A stretch of DNA of 64,000 bases, taken from contig JAIUPE010000002.1 of assembly GCA_020160875.1 (NCBI GenBank), positions 84 to 64,083 of the forward strand, in the 5' to 3' direction. Under the pieces are notes generated by a model that made no database searches, had not been told where the DNA came from, and saw nothing but the letters and a program-made list of their open reading frames with translations. The translations under genes and the position numbers were made by a program. This stretch comes from Pseudomonadota bacterium (GTDB taxonomy: Bacteria; Pseudomonadota; Alphaproteobacteria; Rhodospirillales; Rhodospirillaceae). Positions 1-9,667 of this stretch are shown here, piece by piece; the first letter of the stretch is position 1, and every line of letters begins with the position of its first letter.

Positions 1-2
1 TT

Positions 3-1835
3 TCATACGGTGTCCCGCCACGACCGCGAGAGGCGCATCGCTCCGTTGATGATCCCGACCAGCGAGTAGGTCTGCGGGTAGTTTCCCCACAGTTCACCCG
101 TACTCGGGTCGATATCTTCCGACAAAAGACCGACATGATTGCGGTGATCGAGCATGCTCATGAACACCTCGCGCGCGTCGTCGTCGCGTCCGCTGCGTTT
201 CAGCGCGTCGATGTACCAGAAGGTGCAAATGTTGAAGGCCGTTGTCGGCACGCCGAAATCGTCTTGACCGACGTAACGGAAAACATGGTTTCCGCGGCGC
301 AGTTTCTCGCCGACACTGTCCAAGGTCATCTGGAAACGCGGATCTTCGGCGGTGATGAGGCCGACCTCAGCCATTTGCATGAGGCTGGCGTCGAGCTCTT
401 TGCCCCCGAAGCTGGCGGCGAAAGCGCGGGTCTCATTGCTCCACGCCTTGGAAAGGATATTCTCCTTCAGCGCGCGCGCGCGGTCGTTCCAGAATGCCGC
501 GCGGTCGGCTTGGTTTAAATGCGCGGCGATGCCCGCCAGCCGGTGACACCCGGCCCAACACATCAGGCTGGAGTAGGTGTGTACGTTGGCGATGGTGCGC
601 AGCTCCCACAGGCCGGCATCCGGGACTTCAGCCAAGCGGTAGGCGCGGTCACCGATGATCTCCAGCGCGCGGAAGTCCTGTAGTGTCATGGGCCGCAAGA
701 GGCGTCGATCAAAGAAAGCTTGCGTCGACGACAGTATGACCTGCCCATACACATCGTGCTGCTTGTGCTCAAAGGCTTGGTTGCCCACGCGTACCGGACC
801 CATCCCGCGATAGCCGGGCAGCGAGGTGATCTCGGTTTCAGTCAGGTCCTGCTCCAGGCCGAGGCCGTACACCGGCTGCATATCCCGATCTTCGGTCAGT
901 TCCGGCAAATTACGGAGGTAAGTGAGGTAGCTTTCCATAATGTCGACCGCGCCGAGGCGGTTCAGCGCGCGCACCACGTAATAAGCGTCCCGCAGCCAGC
1001 AGTACCTATAGTCCCAGCAGCGCCCGGTATTCGCCGCTTCGGGAATCGAGGTCGTCATGGCGGCGAGGATGCCGCCGGTCTCCTCGTGCCAGCACATCTT
1101 CAAGGTGATCGCGGCGCGGATCACCGCATCCTGCCATTCGACCGGCACCGCCAGCGTACGCACCCAGTCGCGCCAATAGCTGTCGGTGGCCGTCAGGAAT
1201 TCCTCGCACATGGTGGCGACGGATCCAGTGACTGTCTCATCGGGTCCAAGGAACAGGTACATGGGCCGCTCCAGACGGAACCATGTTTCATGCATGACGT
1301 AGGTAACCGGCGCGTCTGTGGTCAGGCGCAGAGTCAGCTGATCGCCGACAAAACGTACGTGGTTGGAGCCGCGTGTGATCGTCGGTTCCGCCGCGCCGTA
1401 GTTATAGGTGGGACGCAAGCGGATGCGGATGCGCGGGCGGCCTGTGACGGGCCGAATGATCCGAAGGATCGCCACCGGGCGGTGGCGGCGTCCGAAGCGA
1501 TTGAAACGCGGCGCGAAATCGATGACATCCACGGCTTGACCCGCGGCGTCATGCAGGCGCGTCACAAGGACCGGCGTATTGGTGAAATATTGCTGATGCG
1601 ATGATGTGAAGTTCTCGATGTCGACGGCGTAAACGCCGCGGGCGCGGTCATCCTGCGGGCTGATGCCGCCAAGAAGCGCATTGAAGATAGGATCGCCGTC
1701 CGGGCGCGGCATGCAGCTCCACACCACACACGCTCTTTGATCGATAAGCGCGTTGAAAGAGCAATTGCCGATGACGCCGAGGTTCAGGTCGGACTGAGGC
1801 AGGGCATGATTGGGGTTAGATTGCGCGGCGGCCAT
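3..1835 (-). CDS. Glycoside hydrolase family 15 protein (glucoamylase/trehalase-like)
   Basis: Complete 610-aa ORF. Motifs 'CWDYRYCWLRDA', 'LWELR' and 'GNYPQTYS' are typical of bacterial GH15 enzymes. The ORF overlaps the otsB stop by 20 nt, a common GH15-otsB pairing. Confidence 0.85.
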   Translation of the reverse strand: MAAAQSNPNHALPQSDLNLGVIGNCSFNALIDQRACVVWSCMPRPDGDPIFNALLGGISPQDDRARGVYAVDIENFTSSHQQYFTNTPVLVTRLHDAAGQAVDVIDFAPRFNRFGRRHRPVAILRIIRPVTGRPRIRIRLRPTYNYGAAEPTITRGSNHVRFVGDQLTLRLTTDAPVTYVMHETWFRLERPMYLFLGPDETVTGSVATMCEEFLTATDSYWRDWVRTLAVPVEWQDAVIRAAITLKMCWHEETGGILAAMTTSIPEAANTGRCWDYRYCWLRDAYYVVRALNRLGAVDIMESYLTYLRNLPELTEDRDMQPVYGLGLEQDLTETEITSLPGYRGMGPVRVGNQAFEHKQHDVYGQVILSSTQAFFDRRLLRPMTLQDFRALEIIGDRAYRLAEVPDAGLWELRTIANVHTYSSLMCWAGCHRLAGIAAHLNQADRAAFWNDRARALKENILSKAWSNETRAFAASFGGKELDASLMQMAEVGLITAEDPRFQMTLDSVGEKLRRGNHVFRYVGQDDFGVPTTAFNICTFWYIDALKRSGRDDDAREVFMSMLDHRNHVGLLSEDIDPSTGELWGNYPQTYSLVGIINGAMRLSRSWRDTV

Positions 1836-2574
1836 CGTTCTGTTCGTTCAAGGTCATGAGCCAGGCGTGGAGAGCGGCGACCGAGGCGAGCCGGCTGCTC
1901 GCGGCGGTGGGTGTGCGGGGGCCAACGATGACGCCGTAGCCGTTCGTCTGTGAAACGGCGATGAAGGCGGATTCGTCGGTCAAATCGTCGCCCACGAACA
2001 CCGGACGGCGGCCAGCGAAGGGCGGCTCGTTCATATAGGCCGACATGGCGACGGCCTTGCGCACGGCGGCGGGCTTCAACTCCACGACCATGTTGCCGTC
2101 CAGACGTTCGAGCAGGCTGTGCGAAGCGGCGGCACATTCGTCGATGATGGCGCGGGACTTGGCGCCCAGAGACGGCGCGTTGCGGTAGTGCAGCGCGATG
2201 CTGATGCCTTTGTCTTCGGCCATGACACCAGGGTGCGTGCGGCAGAACTCCGATAAGGCTTCGCGCGCAGGGTCGAGCATCTGCGCGGGGATCTCGGTTT
2301 GGATAATGTGACCTAAGGCGGTGCGCCGCTCGGCGCCGTGAATCCCGGCGACGGCGCGCACGCTTCCATTCAGATGTTTGTCGATGGCCTCGATCGGCCG
2401 GCCGGTGATCACGGCCAGCGCGCCGTTCAGGCGCCATGCGACCTGCGAAAGCAGTTCATTCAACCCCGACGCGACTTTCACCGTGTTGGGCGACGACGCG
2501 ATTTCGACGAGTGTGCCGTCGAAATCGAGGAATAGCGCTACGTCGGGCGTGAGCGGAGGCGGCTGAACGTCCAT
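1816..2574 (-). CDS. otsB: Trehalose-6-phosphate phosphatase
   Basis: HAD motif I 'FLDFDGTLVEI', then 'AVITGRP' and 'FVGDDLTDE'. I place the start at the internal Met ('MDVQPPPL', cat at 2572-2574). The upstream 64 codons of the tracked ORF run into a tandem repeat and do not look coding. Confidence 0.85.
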   Translation of the reverse strand: MDVQPPPLTPDVALFLDFDGTLVEIASSPNTVKVASGLNELLSQVAWRLNGALAVITGRPIEAIDKHLNGSVRAVAGIHGAERRTALGHIIQTEIPAQMLDPAREALSEFCRTHPGVMAEDKGISIALHYRNAPSLGAKSRAIIDECAAASHSLLERLDGNMVVELKPAAVRKAVAMSAYMNEPPFAGRRPVFVGDDLTDESAFIAVSQTNGYGVIVGPRTPTAASSRLASVAALHAWLMTLNEQNDGRRAI

Positions 2575-2712
2575 GCGACTCGTATGTTGATGAAGGTGTG
2601 TTGGGGGATAACGCACCACAGGGGCGAATAGGTTCGCCCGTACCCGCAAGAAAGAGCCAGTAGGGATTCCCGTATTAGGGCGTGCGGGGTGTGTTCCGGA
2701 CCGGCGCCACGC

Positions 2713-2790
2713 GCGAAGGCGCGTAGTCCTAAGATCACAAGCGAAGGCGCGTAGTCCTAAGATCACAAGCGAAGGCGCGTCTTCTTAAGA
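2713..2790. repeat. 28-bp tandem repeat, about 2.8 copies (unit GCGAAGGCGCGTAGTCCTAAGATCACAA)
   Basis: Two perfect copies at 2713-2740 and 2741-2768, plus a degenerate third copy. The repeat is intergenic, between the ubiH-like stop and the otsB start. Confidence 0.9.
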
Positions 2791-2828
2791 ATGCCAGCCC
2801 TCGCCAGCGGATAAGAACACGCCGAAAT

Positions 2829-4064
2829 TTACGGAGATGCGCGCATCAGGCGCGGCAGATCGCCGGTGGTGCCCATCGCGTGACGCATGAACGCGCGTTT
2901 CAGGGGCGGGACGCGGTTGACCAGCGCGAGCCCTACATCGCGCGCCGCCTTGATCGGGGCGACGTCGTTGGAGAACAGGCGATTCAAGACGTCCGTTACG
3001 CCGGCCATCATGAGGTTGTCGGCGCGCCGCCAGCGCTCGTAACGCCCCAGGGCGTCCGGATTGGCGATATCGAGCCCTAACTTGCGCGCATCCACGATCA
3101 CTTCGGTCAGCGCCGCCACGTCGCGATATCCCAAATTCAGGCCCTGCCCCGCGATCGGATGAATGCCGTGCGCGGCGTCGCCCACGAGCACAAGGCGACC
3201 CTTGGTGTAGGTTTGGGCGAATTGTAAACCGAGAGGGTAGCTGAAGCGCGGGCCGATCAGCGACAGCCGACCCAGGAATCCGCCCACACGCTCGTCGATT
3301 TCGGACAGGAATTGCGCGTCGTTCAGCGCAAGGTACGCTGCTGCGGCATCGGCGCGTTCGGTCCACACGAGCGAGGCGCGGTGGACGCCCGCGTCGTCGG
3401 GCAGCGGCAGGATCGCGAAGGGACCCGCCGGCAGGAAGCATTCATGCGCGATGCCGTTATGCGGCTTTTCGTGGCCGATGGTCGCGACGATGGCGATTTG
3501 CGGATAACGCCAGCCCGTCACGGGGATTTTAGCGGCGGCGCGCAGCTTAGACACGCGGCCCTCGGCGGTGACGATGAGCGATGCCTTGATCGCGCGGCCG
3601 CCGTCCAAATGCAGTGTTGCCGCGTCCGCGGTCTCGCTCATGTGTGAGACGGTTGCTGGCGCGATCAGCCGCAGGTTGCCTTCCAGCTCCTTCATGCGCG
3701 TGAAGGTGGCTTCGTGCAGGTGACGGTTCTCGGCCATGTTGCCCAGGAACTCATCGCCGACGTCGGAATAGGCGTAGTGCAGAAACAGGGGTGCGTTGTC
3801 GTCCGAGACGCGGATTTCGCGGATCGGTTCACTCCGTCCCGCCACATGCGGCCAGATCCCGATCGCGGACAACAGTCGCTGGCCGCTGGCCGCGACCGCC
3901 GAGGCGCGGCCGTCGAATCGGCGGTGGGTCATGGTGCCGGGATCGAGCTGGTCGACAACGGCGGTTTTCACCCCATGGGCTGCCAGGGCGACCGCGAGCG
4001 TTCCGCCTACAAGGCCGGCTCCCACGATCGCAACGTCAACGCGCTCCCCGCCGGACTCGGTCAT
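2829..4064 (-). CDS. UbiH/UbiF/VisC/COQ6-family FAD-dependent ubiquinone biosynthesis hydroxylase
   Basis: N-terminal dinucleotide fold 'VAIVGAGLVGGTLAVALA', 'LVLVGDAAHGIHPIAGQGLNLG' and a 411-aa length. Confidence 0.85.
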   Translation of the reverse strand: MTESGGERVDVAIVGAGLVGGTLAVALAAHGVKTAVVDQLDPGTMTHRRFDGRASAVAASGQRLLSAIGIWPHVAGRSEPIREIRVSDDNAPLFLHYAYSDVGDEFLGNMAENRHLHEATFTRMKELEGNLRLIAPATVSHMSETADAATLHLDGGRAIKASLIVTAEGRVSKLRAAAKIPVTGWRYPQIAIVATIGHEKPHNGIAHECFLPAGPFAILPLPDDAGVHRASLVWTERADAAAAYLALNDAQFLSEIDERVGGFLGRLSLIGPRFSYPLGLQFAQTYTKGRLVLVGDAAHGIHPIAGQGLNLGYRDVAALTEVIVDARKLGLDIANPDALGRYERWRRADNLMMAGVTDVLNRLFSNDVAPIKAARDVGLALVNRVPPLKRAFMRHAMGTTGDLPRLMRASP

Positions 4065-4306
4065 CGGAACCCTTGGGTTTCTACCAATATGTCCTGTTCA
4101 TACGCCTTTAACGGGACCGCGCGCAGCAAAAAGTAGACCCCGGTTTTTGGGCCTGCGCGCGAGTTATTAAAAAAGGCCTGATTCGAGCAAGTTGCTCGAA
4201 TCAGATGGGTTTTCAAAGCGTTCACCTGTGTTTGGAACGCTTGCGTCCGGGGGGCGAAACACATATTGTCCCGCCGCCCTGACCGGGTGGCTTCATCCGG
4301 TCCCGT

Positions 4307-4381
4307 GCCGACGTAGCTCAGGGGTAGAGCAACTGATTCGTAATCAGTAGGCCCGCGGTTCAATTCCGCGCGTCGGCACCA
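4307..4381 (+). tRNA. tRNA-Thr (anticodon CGU)
   Basis: Acceptor stem GCCGACG/CGTCGGC. Anticodon stem ACTGA/TCAGT with loop TTCGTAA (anticodon CGT). T-arm 'GGTTCAATTCC'. Encoded CCA at 4379-4381. Confidence 0.9.
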
Positions 4382-4546
4382 TTTTCCGCTCCGCGGAAAA
4401 TGCCCCGGAGGAGGAGAGGGGAAGGCCCAAATCATTTTGCCAAGTCATTTGGTGGACCTAACGAAGCGACTCCTTCCGAGACATTCTCCCGACCTTAAAG
4501 CGAACGGCTTTCACTGAGCCGCGTTGCGTTTTCAAGAACAGGTACC

Positions 4547-5098
4547 ATGGACATTTCAAAGATATCGGCAGGGCCGAATCCTCCCGACGACATCCACGTT
4601 CTTATCGAGATCCCGCAGGGCGGTTATCCGGTGAAGTACGAACTGGATAAGGATTCGGGCGCGCTCTTCGTTGACCGTTTCCTGCACACGGCCATGCAAT
4701 ATCCGGCCAACTACGGTTTCATCCCGCACACATTGTCCGGCGACGGCGATCCGTGCGACGTGCTCGTCGTCAGCCACACGCCCGTGGTCCCCGGCGCGGT
4801 CATCCGCTGCCGTCCTATCGGCGCGCTGCTCATGAAGGACGAAGCGGGCCCCGACGAGAAGCTCATCGCGGTCCCGGTCGACCGCCTGCATCCGTTCTAC
4901 ACCGGCGTGGAAACCTACGCCGACTTGCCGCCGATCCTCACGGAACAGATCGCACACTTCTTCCAGCACTATAAGGATCTGGAAAAAGGGAAGTGGGTGA
5001 CCATCGTTGAATGGGTTGGCCCAGATGCTGCGCGCAAGCTTATCCGCGACGGCCTCGCCCTTGCGCAGGAAAAGAAAAAGCAGGCCGCCGCAAAGTAA
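4547..5098 (+). CDS. ppa: Inorganic pyrophosphatase
   Basis: 183 aa. Family I PPase signature '[23 protein letters not shown]'. Confidence 0.95.
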   Translation: MDISKISAGPNPPDDIHVLIEIPQGGYPVKYELDKDSGALFVDRFLHTAMQYPANYGFIPHTLSGDGDPCDVLVVSHTPVVPGAVIRCRPIGALLMKDEAGPDEKLIAVPVDRLHPFYTGVETYADLPPILTEQIAHFFQHYKDLEKGKWVTIVEWVGPDAARKLIRDGLALAQEKKKQAAAK

Positions 5099-5121
5099 GC
5101 GGCGACGAAGATAGATATCAT

Positions 5122-5160
5122 GAGCCCGCCAGGCTTCGGGGCTTGGCGGGCTCATTGCGT
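5122..5160 (+). terminator. Stem-loop downstream of ppa
   Basis: 10-bp stem GAGCCCGCCA/TGGCGGGCTC with a 12-nt loop, 24 nt after the ppa stop. The T tract is weak. Confidence 0.5.
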
Positions 5161-5361
5161 TTCATGCGCCAGCTTCTCCCAAGGGAATTACGTTCTCATA
5201 GCTGCGCGAAGCCCCCTGAGGACGGTCTGTGCTTGTTTCGCGCGGCGGGACGGGAACGCACATGGACAATGGTATTTAGCGAGTGAAAGAGCGTATCGAG
5301 ACCATGGCGAATTATCCGCGCGAGTTGGACGGGGGCCGGGTCGGCCTGTGTCGTCACACAC

Positions 5362-5390
5362 AAAAAAGCCCGGGTTTTCACCCGGGCTTT
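5362..5390 (-). terminator. Rho-independent terminator of the BI-1 family gene
   Basis: The minus strand reads AAAGCCCGGGTGAAAACCCGGGCTTTTTTG: a GC-rich stem followed by a T6 run, about 25 nt after the stop. Confidence 0.75.
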
Positions 5391-5412
5391 CTGCGTTGGA
5401 TCGAAGATCCTA

Positions 5413-6165
5413 TTAGTCTCTGCGCTGTCCAAGGAACTGCAGCAGGAACTGGAACAGGTTCACGAAGTCCAGGTACAGCGTCACGGCGCCCATGATGGCC
5501 GACTTCTGCGCCAGCTCGTAACTGCCGAAGCCCTGAAGATACATGCTCTTGATCTTCTGCGTGTCGAAGGCGGTCATGCCCGCGAACACCAGCACGCCGA
5601 CAGCCGAGATGATGAAGTGCATCATCGTGCTCTGCATGAAGATGTTCACGATGCTCGCGATCATCAGGCCGACAAGGCCCATGATCAGGAACGTGCCGAA
5701 CGCCGACAGGTCGCGCTTGGTGGTGTAGCCGTACAGTGACAGGCTGGCGAACGCGATGGCGGTGATGAAGAACACGCGCAGCACGGACACGCCGGTGTAC
5801 AGCATCAGCGCCGACGAGAGGCCGACGCCCATTGTGCCGACGAAGGCCCAGTAAAGAACCTGCAGCGTGCCGGCGCTCATGCGGTTCGCGCCGAAGCTCA
5901 TGGCGAGAATCAGACCGATCGGCGTGAACGCCGCGATCAATCCCAAGCCCGTGTAGCCCATGCGGCCGGCTTCATTGACCTGGAAGAACAGCTGGCCGAG
6001 GCTCGAGTTCGCTACGAGCGCCGCGACGATGCCCGACAGCAAAAGGCCGGAGGCCATGTAGTTGTAGACGCGCAGCATGTACTGGCGCAGACCGACGTCG
6101 ATCTGGGCGGCTTCCGCCGTCCCGATGCCGGCGCCATAAACCCTGCGATCAGCTTCAGTAGCCAT
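5413..6165 (-). CDS. Bax inhibitor-1/YccA (YbhL-like) family membrane protein
   Basis: 250 aa with about 7 predicted TM helices. N-terminal 'GLRQYMLRVYNYM' and C-terminal 'LYLDFVNLFQFLLQFLG' are typical of the BI-1 family. Confidence 0.85.
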   Translation of the reverse strand: MATEADRRVYGAGIGTAEAAQIDVGLRQYMLRVYNYMASGLLLSGIVAALVANSSLGQLFFQVNEAGRMGYTGLGLIAAFTPIGLILAMSFGANRMSAGTLQVLYWAFVGTMGVGLSSALMLYTGVSVLRVFFITAIAFASLSLYGYTTKRDLSAFGTFLIMGLVGLMIASIVNIFMQSTMMHFIISAVGVLVFAGMTAFDTQKIKSMYLQGFGSYELAQKSAIMGAVTLYLDFVNLFQFLLQFLGQRRD

Positions 6166-6319
6166 TTTTCGTCCTCACGAATAAATCCTTGCCCCCACAA
6201 CGGCTGGGAGCCGGCTCTATATTGGGGGAGATAGGCCCCCCTGCAACTGAAATCGGTCGATGCCGACGAAACTTTAATGCTGGAAAGGACCGAAAAAGCC
6301 CTTTTGTTACAGTACGTTA

Positions 6320-8866
6320 CTATTCATTACGTAACAGGGGCGCGGCTTTGATGCCCATCGCCCGCCAGGTGCCGGTGAAACCGGCAAAAAGCGTGACCGC
6401 AATACAGGCGGCGATCACACTCACGATGACCGTCAGATCAAGCGACCATGGGATCTCCATGAGTTCGCTAACCACGCCAAAGGCGGCCAGCCCACCAACC
6501 ACCGCCGCGATCAAGCCGGTGGCCAGACCCAGCAAGAGATATTCGAACACGAAGGCCTTCAGGACGTCGGCCCGCGTGGCGCCAAGCACCTTCAGCACCA
6601 CCGACTCATAGATGCGCCGGGAATGCCCCGCAGCGATCGCGCCCGCGAGCACCAGTGCGCCGGCCACCAGCGCAACGCCGGCCGTGAGACGCACCGCGAT
6701 ACTCAGGGTTCCGAGCACACTCTTCAGGGTCTCGAGCGCCGAACGCACCTGGACGACAGTGACATTGGGGATCGCGTTGAGCACCGCCGTCTCGATCTTC
6801 TCCTCCACGCCCGCCTCGGTGTTGGCCGTCGCAAGGAACATCGCCGGCGCGCCGCGCAGGGCATTCGGAGAAAAGATGATGCCGAAATTCATGGCGCCCG
6901 ATTGCCAGCGTACGTCGCGGAAGCTCGCGATCTTGCCGGTGACGTCGCGCCCCAGCACCTGCACGGTGATGGAATCGCCCAGCTTCAAATCCGCGGCGGC
7001 CGCGCCGGCGGACTCCAGCGACACCAGGAATTCACCCTCGTAATCGGCGGGCCACCATTCTCCGGCGGACAGCCGCGCGTTCTCCGGCATCGCGGCGGCA
7101 TAGGTGATGCCGCGGTCGCCGCGCAGAAGCCAGCTTTCGCCGTGCGTCTTCATATGCTCTTCGGAAGGGATGCCGTTCACCTGCGTCACGCGCGCGCGGA
7201 TCATCGCGGCCGTCTGGACCTTGTTGACGCCGGGCATGCCGGTGACGATCTTGCGGAACTCTTCTTCCTGATGCGGCTGGATGTCGACGAAGAACATGCT
7301 TGGCGCATCGCTTGGCAAGCCATCGGCGAGCTGTTTGTTGAGATTGGATTCCAGAAGCGCGATGGCCACCAGCACCGATAGGCCGAGCCCGAGCGACAGC
7401 ACGACGGACATCGTCGGCGAACCGGGCCGATAGAGGTTGGCGAAGGCGAGGCGCAAGGACGGGCGTCCGGCGGTAGGGCTGTTGCGCCCCTGCGTCATAC
7501 GCGCCGCGAAGCGCATCACGCCACGCGCGGCGAAGCTGAACAGCACCATGGCGGCGGCGGAGCCGCCGACAAAGGCTGCCGCGTACATCTTGCGTTCGGC
7601 GGTGGCGATGGTGAAGGCCGCGAGCGCGAGCCCCACCAGCACGATGGCCGCCATGTACTTACCGCGCGGCCAGCGGCCTTCGTCCGCCAGCACGTTGCGG
7701 AATAAGGCGACGGGCGGAATGTCGCGCGCGCGCGCGAGCGGCCACAGGGCGAACAGCGCGGCGGTCAGGATGCCGAACACGCCAGCTTGCAGCAGCGCCG
7801 TCGGATAAAGGCCGAACTTCGCCGCGACAGGTAGCGTGTCGCCCAGGGCCTGCGCCGCGCCAAATGGAATGGCCGCGCCGATCGCAAGGCCGATGACGAT
7901 TCCGACGGCGGCGAGGAAGGAGAGCTGGATCAGATAGATGGCGAAGATCGTATCGGCCGGCGCACCCAGGCATTTCAAGGTGGCGATGGTGTTGAGGCGG
8001 CCCAGCAGATGCGCGCGCACGGCGTTCGCGACGCCGATGCCGCCCGTCAAAAGCGCGGTCAGGCCCACCAGCGTCAGGAACAAGGTCACGTTATCAAGAA
8101 AGCGGTCGAGGCCCGCCGCGGCGCGGTCCAAACCTCGGATACGCCAGCCCGCGTTGGGGAATTGCGCTTCCAGGCTTGCGCGCACAGCGTCCGCCGTTTC
8201 GCCGCCGGTGATGCGGATATTGTACTCGTGCTCGATCAGGCTGCCCGGCTGGACAAGTTGCGTGGCCGCGAGCGCCTCGTGGGAGATCAAGACGCGGGGG
8301 CCGATGGTGGTGAAGCTGATCGACCGGTCCGGTTCGTGGGTGATGGTGGCGCGCACTTGGAAGGTGGCTTCGCCGATCTTGATCCGGTCGCCGGCCGCCA
8401 CGTTCAGACGCGGCATCAGGGCCGGTTCGATGGCCGCGCCGAACACGCCGTCCTTTTCCGCCAGCGCGTCTTCGAGCGGCAGGGCCGGAGATAACGTAAG
8501 CTCGCCGTACAGCGGATAAAGATTGTCGACCGCTTTCAGTTCGATCAAGCCGCGGCTGCCGACTTCGCCGGCTTCGTTTTCCACACGCGCCATGGAGCGC
8601 ATCTGCACCAGATGCGTGACGTCGCCGCCCGCGCGCAACGCCGCGAGTTGTTCGTCGGTCGCGACCGTCGTGTCGTTGTCGATTTGAAGATCGCCGCCCA
8701 ACAAGGGGCGCGCGTCCGCTTGGATGCCCGCCTTCACCGACTGATTGAGCGACGCCGCGCCCGCGATCGCCGCGACGCCGATGATGATGCAGGCCAGGAA
8801 GATGCGGAAACCGCGCATACCGCCGCGCAGTTCCCGAAGGGCGAAGCGAAACGCGATCGACGACAT
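6320..8866 (-). CDS. ABC transporter permease, FtsX-like double-domain (YbbP-like)
   Basis: 848 aa with two FtsX-type TM bundles and large periplasmic loops. It follows the ATPase gene by 6 nt. Confidence 0.8.
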   Translation of the reverse strand: MSSIAFRFALRELRGGMRGFRIFLACIIIGVAAIAGAASLNQSVKAGIQADARPLLGGDLQIDNDTTVATDEQLAALRAGGDVTHLVQMRSMARVENEAGEVGSRGLIELKAVDNLYPLYGELTLSPALPLEDALAEKDGVFGAAIEPALMPRLNVAAGDRIKIGEATFQVRATITHEPDRSISFTTIGPRVLISHEALAATQLVQPGSLIEHEYNIRITGGETADAVRASLEAQFPNAGWRIRGLDRAAAGLDRFLDNVTLFLTLVGLTALLTGGIGVANAVRAHLLGRLNTIATLKCLGAPADTIFAIYLIQLSFLAAVGIVIGLAIGAAIPFGAAQALGDTLPVAAKFGLYPTALLQAGVFGILTAALFALWPLARARDIPPVALFRNVLADEGRWPRGKYMAAIVLVGLALAAFTIATAERKMYAAAFVGGSAAAMVLFSFAARGVMRFAARMTQGRNSPTAGRPSLRLAFANLYRPGSPTMSVVLSLGLGLSVLVAIALLESNLNKQLADGLPSDAPSMFFVDIQPHQEEEFRKIVTGMPGVNKVQTAAMIRARVTQVNGIPSEEHMKTHGESWLLRGDRGITYAAAMPENARLSAGEWWPADYEGEFLVSLESAGAAAADLKLGDSITVQVLGRDVTGKIASFRDVRWQSGAMNFGIIFSPNALRGAPAMFLATANTEAGVEEKIETAVLNAIPNVTVVQVRSALETLKSVLGTLSIAVRLTAGVALVAGALVLAGAIAAGHSRRIYESVVLKVLGATRADVLKAFVFEYLLLGLATGLIAAVVGGLAAFGVVSELMEIPWSLDLTVIVSVIAACIAVTLFAGFTGTWRAMGIKAAPLLRNE

Positions 8867-8872
8867 ATGAGC

Positions 8873-9634
8873 TTACTCCGAAAGCGCGGCGCGTGTGGCC
8901 GGCAATCCTTCGCCGGTGATCAGGCCGTCGGCGATGCGCACGATACGGTCGCATTTCTGGGCAAGGCCCATGTCGTGCGTGATCAGCACCAAGGTCGTGC
9001 CGGTCTTGTCGTGCAGATCGAACAGAAGATCGATGATGTGATGACCCGTCGCGCCGTCCAGGTTCCCCGTCGGCTCGTCGGCCAAAAGGATCTTGGGCTT
9101 CACGGCGAAGGCGCGCGCGAGCGCGACGCGTTGTTGCTCGCCGCCCGAAAGCTGGCCCGGGTAGTGGTCGAGGCGGTGACCCAGGCCGACATTGCGCAAG
9201 TGTTCCTCGGCGATGTCGAACGCGTCTTTGCGGCCCGCGAACTCCAGCGGTACCGCCACGTTCTCCAGCGCGTTCATGGTCGGGATCAGATGAAATGATT
9301 GAAAGACGATGCCGATGTTGTCGCGCCGGAACAGCGCGAGCTTATCTTCATCCATGGCCGCATAGTCGGTGCCGGCGATCTTCACCGATCCCGACGAGAT
9401 GCGCTCGAGCCCGGCGATGATCATCAGCATGGTGGTCTTGCCCGAGCCCGAAGGCCCGACGACACCAAGAGCCGTGCCGTGCGTGACGTTGAGATCGATG
9501 CCTCGCAGAATATTGACCGGCCCCGCAGGGCCCGCCAAAGTGAGACGCACGTTGTTCAGTGTGATCGCCGGAACGTCCGAGGACGCGCGCTCCAGACTCG
9601 TTTTCATATTGGCGGTGGGAATGGATTGGGTCAT
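8873..9634 (-). CDS. ABC transporter ATP-binding protein (YbbA/LolD-like)
   Basis: Walker A 'GPSGSGKTT', signature '[14 protein letters not shown]' and Walker B '[11 protein letters not shown]'. Confidence 0.9.
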   Translation of the reverse strand: MTQSIPTANMKTSLERASSDVPAITLNNVRLTLAGPAGPVNILRGIDLNVTHGTALGVVGPSGSGKTTMLMIIAGLERISSGSVKIAGTDYAAMDEDKLALFRRDNIGIVFQSFHLIPTMNALENVAVPLEFAGRKDAFDIAEEHLRNVGLGHRLDHYPGQLSGGEQQRVALARAFAVKPKILLADEPTGNLDGATGHHIIDLLFDLHDKTGTTLVLITHDMGLAQKCDRIVRIADGLITGEGLPATRAALSE

Positions 9635-9667
9635 GTAAACCGGGTGTTTGTGTGCGCTTTCATTATC

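Noticed and set aside
720-1604. 294-aa plus-strand ORF, along with several similar ones (e.g. 8094-8954, 8612-9298, 14008-14976, 32125-33072, 36580-37551 and 51506-52306)
   Set aside because: All of them overlap confidently assigned genes in another frame or strand, and all have the Arg/Pro/Gly-rich bias of high-GC shadow frames.
2713-2790. Possible CRISPR array
   Set aside because: The 28-bp units are directly adjacent with no spacers, there are fewer than 3 copies, and there are no cas genes. This is a plain tandem repeat.
4061-4435. 124-aa minus-strand ORF
   Set aside because: It overlaps the tRNA-Thr gene and the 27-nt palindrome, and it has no coding-like composition.
4100-4546. Genomic island or integrase at tRNA-Thr
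   Set aside because: No integrase, direct repeat of the tRNA 3' end or compositional shift is visible next to the tRNA. ppa follows directly.
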